From positions 6,056,476 through 6,120,475 of the forward strand of contig CAJINV010000002.1 of assembly GCA_905178155.1 (NCBI GenBank): a stretch of DNA of 64,000 bases, written 5' to 3'. The stretch is from Amoebophrya sp. A120. Its lineage: Eukaryota > Protista > Dinoflagellata. The position numbers were made by a program, and so were the translations under genes. Each line of letters opens with the position of its first letter. The stretch's first letter is position 1. Below are positions 62,316 through 64,000 of this stretch, piece after piece. The notes beneath the pieces were generated by a model. The model was not told where the DNA came from. It saw nothing but the letters and a program-made list of their open reading frames with translations, and made no database searches.

Positions 62316-63993
62316 CTACTTTTTGAACGCGTCTGCAAGCTTGGAAAGGTGCTGCATAATCTCGTGTAGCTCCTCCTCCTTTGGCAAGTCTGTCTCGTCC
62401 ACTTCGCTAATTTTTGGAATTCTACTTCTATCCCCACTCGTCGCGGCACCCGCTGCTCCATGCCCGCCCGTACTATCCGACAAGTTGCGCAGGAGGTCGC
62501 TCTGAAAATTATTTTTCGCACTCCGACTAAACCTGGTTGCGGGCGCGGAGGCAGTGCTGTAGTGCGTTGCCGCGGTGCGCGAGGAACTACAAGTGGACTC
62601 CATGAAGCAGGCCTCCTGCTCGCGCTCCATCTTTTCCTCGCGGGCGCGCGCCTGTTTTTCAAATTCAATGGGTTCTTTTGTTATGCATAGAGTCAGAGTA
62701 CTTGTTATGCGTCACGCACTGCAGATCCCTCCCCCTGTTGCAAAAAGTATATATTGCAAACTTGTTTTACTAGCACAGTGGCACGACTGCCTCGAAAATC
62801 TTCTATACCCATTCCAGATTGTTCTCGTAGAACTGGCGCATGCGCAGGGTAAGTTCCCTCGGATGCGTAGCCTGTGCCGAATTCGCTCGTCTAATGGACT
62901 CCATTTTCCGTTGTTCTTCGTACATACTCCGCATGGATTTCCTGCGTTTCTTCTCGATCTTATCCTCCACGAATTGCTGCCACAGCTCCTGCCGCTTGAA
63001 AAAGTTACTCTGCTGGTACTGCTCTTGGTCGCCCGTTCGTCTTGCGGAATGTGGCAAAGGCGTCGTCCTTATGAACCGATTTGCTTTGGAGCTGCTTGTC
63101 ATCGCTGCCCGCGCGCTCTGGGGCCGCCGACGGCGCTTGGGTTTGGAATTGTTTTCCTCGCCACCCGCGCCCCGAGGTGCAGATGAACTTTGACCGGCGA
63201 AAAACATCGGACTTTTTGCAGTTTTTGTGGCGGAATTTAACAGTCTGGGGGTGAAAGTGCATTCAGCGAGCTTCTCCCGCTCTTGCTCCTCCTTCTTTTC
63301 GTAGCACCGGCTCTCGATCCGCTTTTTCCACATCGTGTTGCGTTCGTACAAGCCGCAGCCCGCTCGACAAGCGTCCGAGTACGACGGAAGAGATGAAATA
63401 GGATGTGGCTTGCTGATCTTTCTGGCTGCATAGAGGTTGTAATTATGAAGCGCCTCCTGGTCGTCCTCAAAATCCAGCGTTTCGTACTGGTTGAAGTCAA
63501 CATCTTGTCCCGGAGTAGAAGCCTGCTTTCGGTGCAGTTTTCGTGTGGAAATCAAAACCGGGTCGGAGGCAGTAGCAGTAGCTGTATGTTCCTCATGATT
63601 GTAGTCTCCGTACCGCCCTCGACTGCGTGGCGCTCCTGCTGCTGCCGTTCTACTGTTCGGATGAAAGGAGTCGCCAGTAGTTTTGCTTCGTCCGCCAGCG
63701 TACTCTTGTTCTTCATCCTGCAGCAAATTGACTTCCGTGACCGGAATCCTTTTGCTGGAAGATGGTGTTTTCACTGACCCTGGAGGTGGTCGTTTTGATG
63801 AGTACGAGGAAGAAGAGGACGAAGCAGTGACAATTTTCACCTTACCGCTCGCAGTTGCGTCAAAGTCTTCTACTTCCGCTGCCGTTTTCGGCGCAGAGAG
63901 AGGACCACTGGTGTATCTTTTCGCTGTTGACGAGTACGTTGAATACATCGGCGCCGCAGTTCTGTAGCGCATTGGAGTCATCGTCCGGCTCAT
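62316..63993 (-). CDS. Hypothetical coiled-coil protein; 5' end may extend beyond the window
   Basis: 396-codon ORF with LYERNTMW, ECTFTP and FYENNLEW segments, then a short intron near 62680-62808 and a second ORF. Confidence 0.65.
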
Positions 63994-64000
63994 GGGGCGA

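Noticed and set aside
3818-63967. Numerous plus-strand ORFs in the ORF track
   Set aside because: They are antisense shadows of minus-strand genes or stop-poor frames in the GC-rich islands, with no recognisable motifs.

Overview
Eukaryotic genomic DNA, probably from a dinoflagellate-lineage parasite. The architecture matches what is established for Amoebophrya/Syndiniales, but the organism is inferred, not proven. About 11 protein genes lie head-to-tail on the minus strand: an NDK-like protein, a GT61-like glycosyltransferase, a small hypothetical protein, a Cys-rich type I membrane protein, a ~2780-aa orphan, arginase, a RING protein, a secreted orphan, mitochondrial intermediate peptidase, a CLC channel and a partial coiled-coil protein. 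The main feature is ~30 MITE-like introner elements inserted inside coding sequences, from at least six TIR families. All start TAT, end ATA (two single-base exceptions) and sit between 5-bp direct repeats. Removing the element plus exactly 5 nt restores the reading frame at every junction listed. This holds without GT-AG, in either orientation, and even when the direct repeats and TIRs have decayed. Two anomalous GC-rich islands look like degenerate coding or transposon sequence. All coordinates and splices were worked out by eye, with no transcript data.
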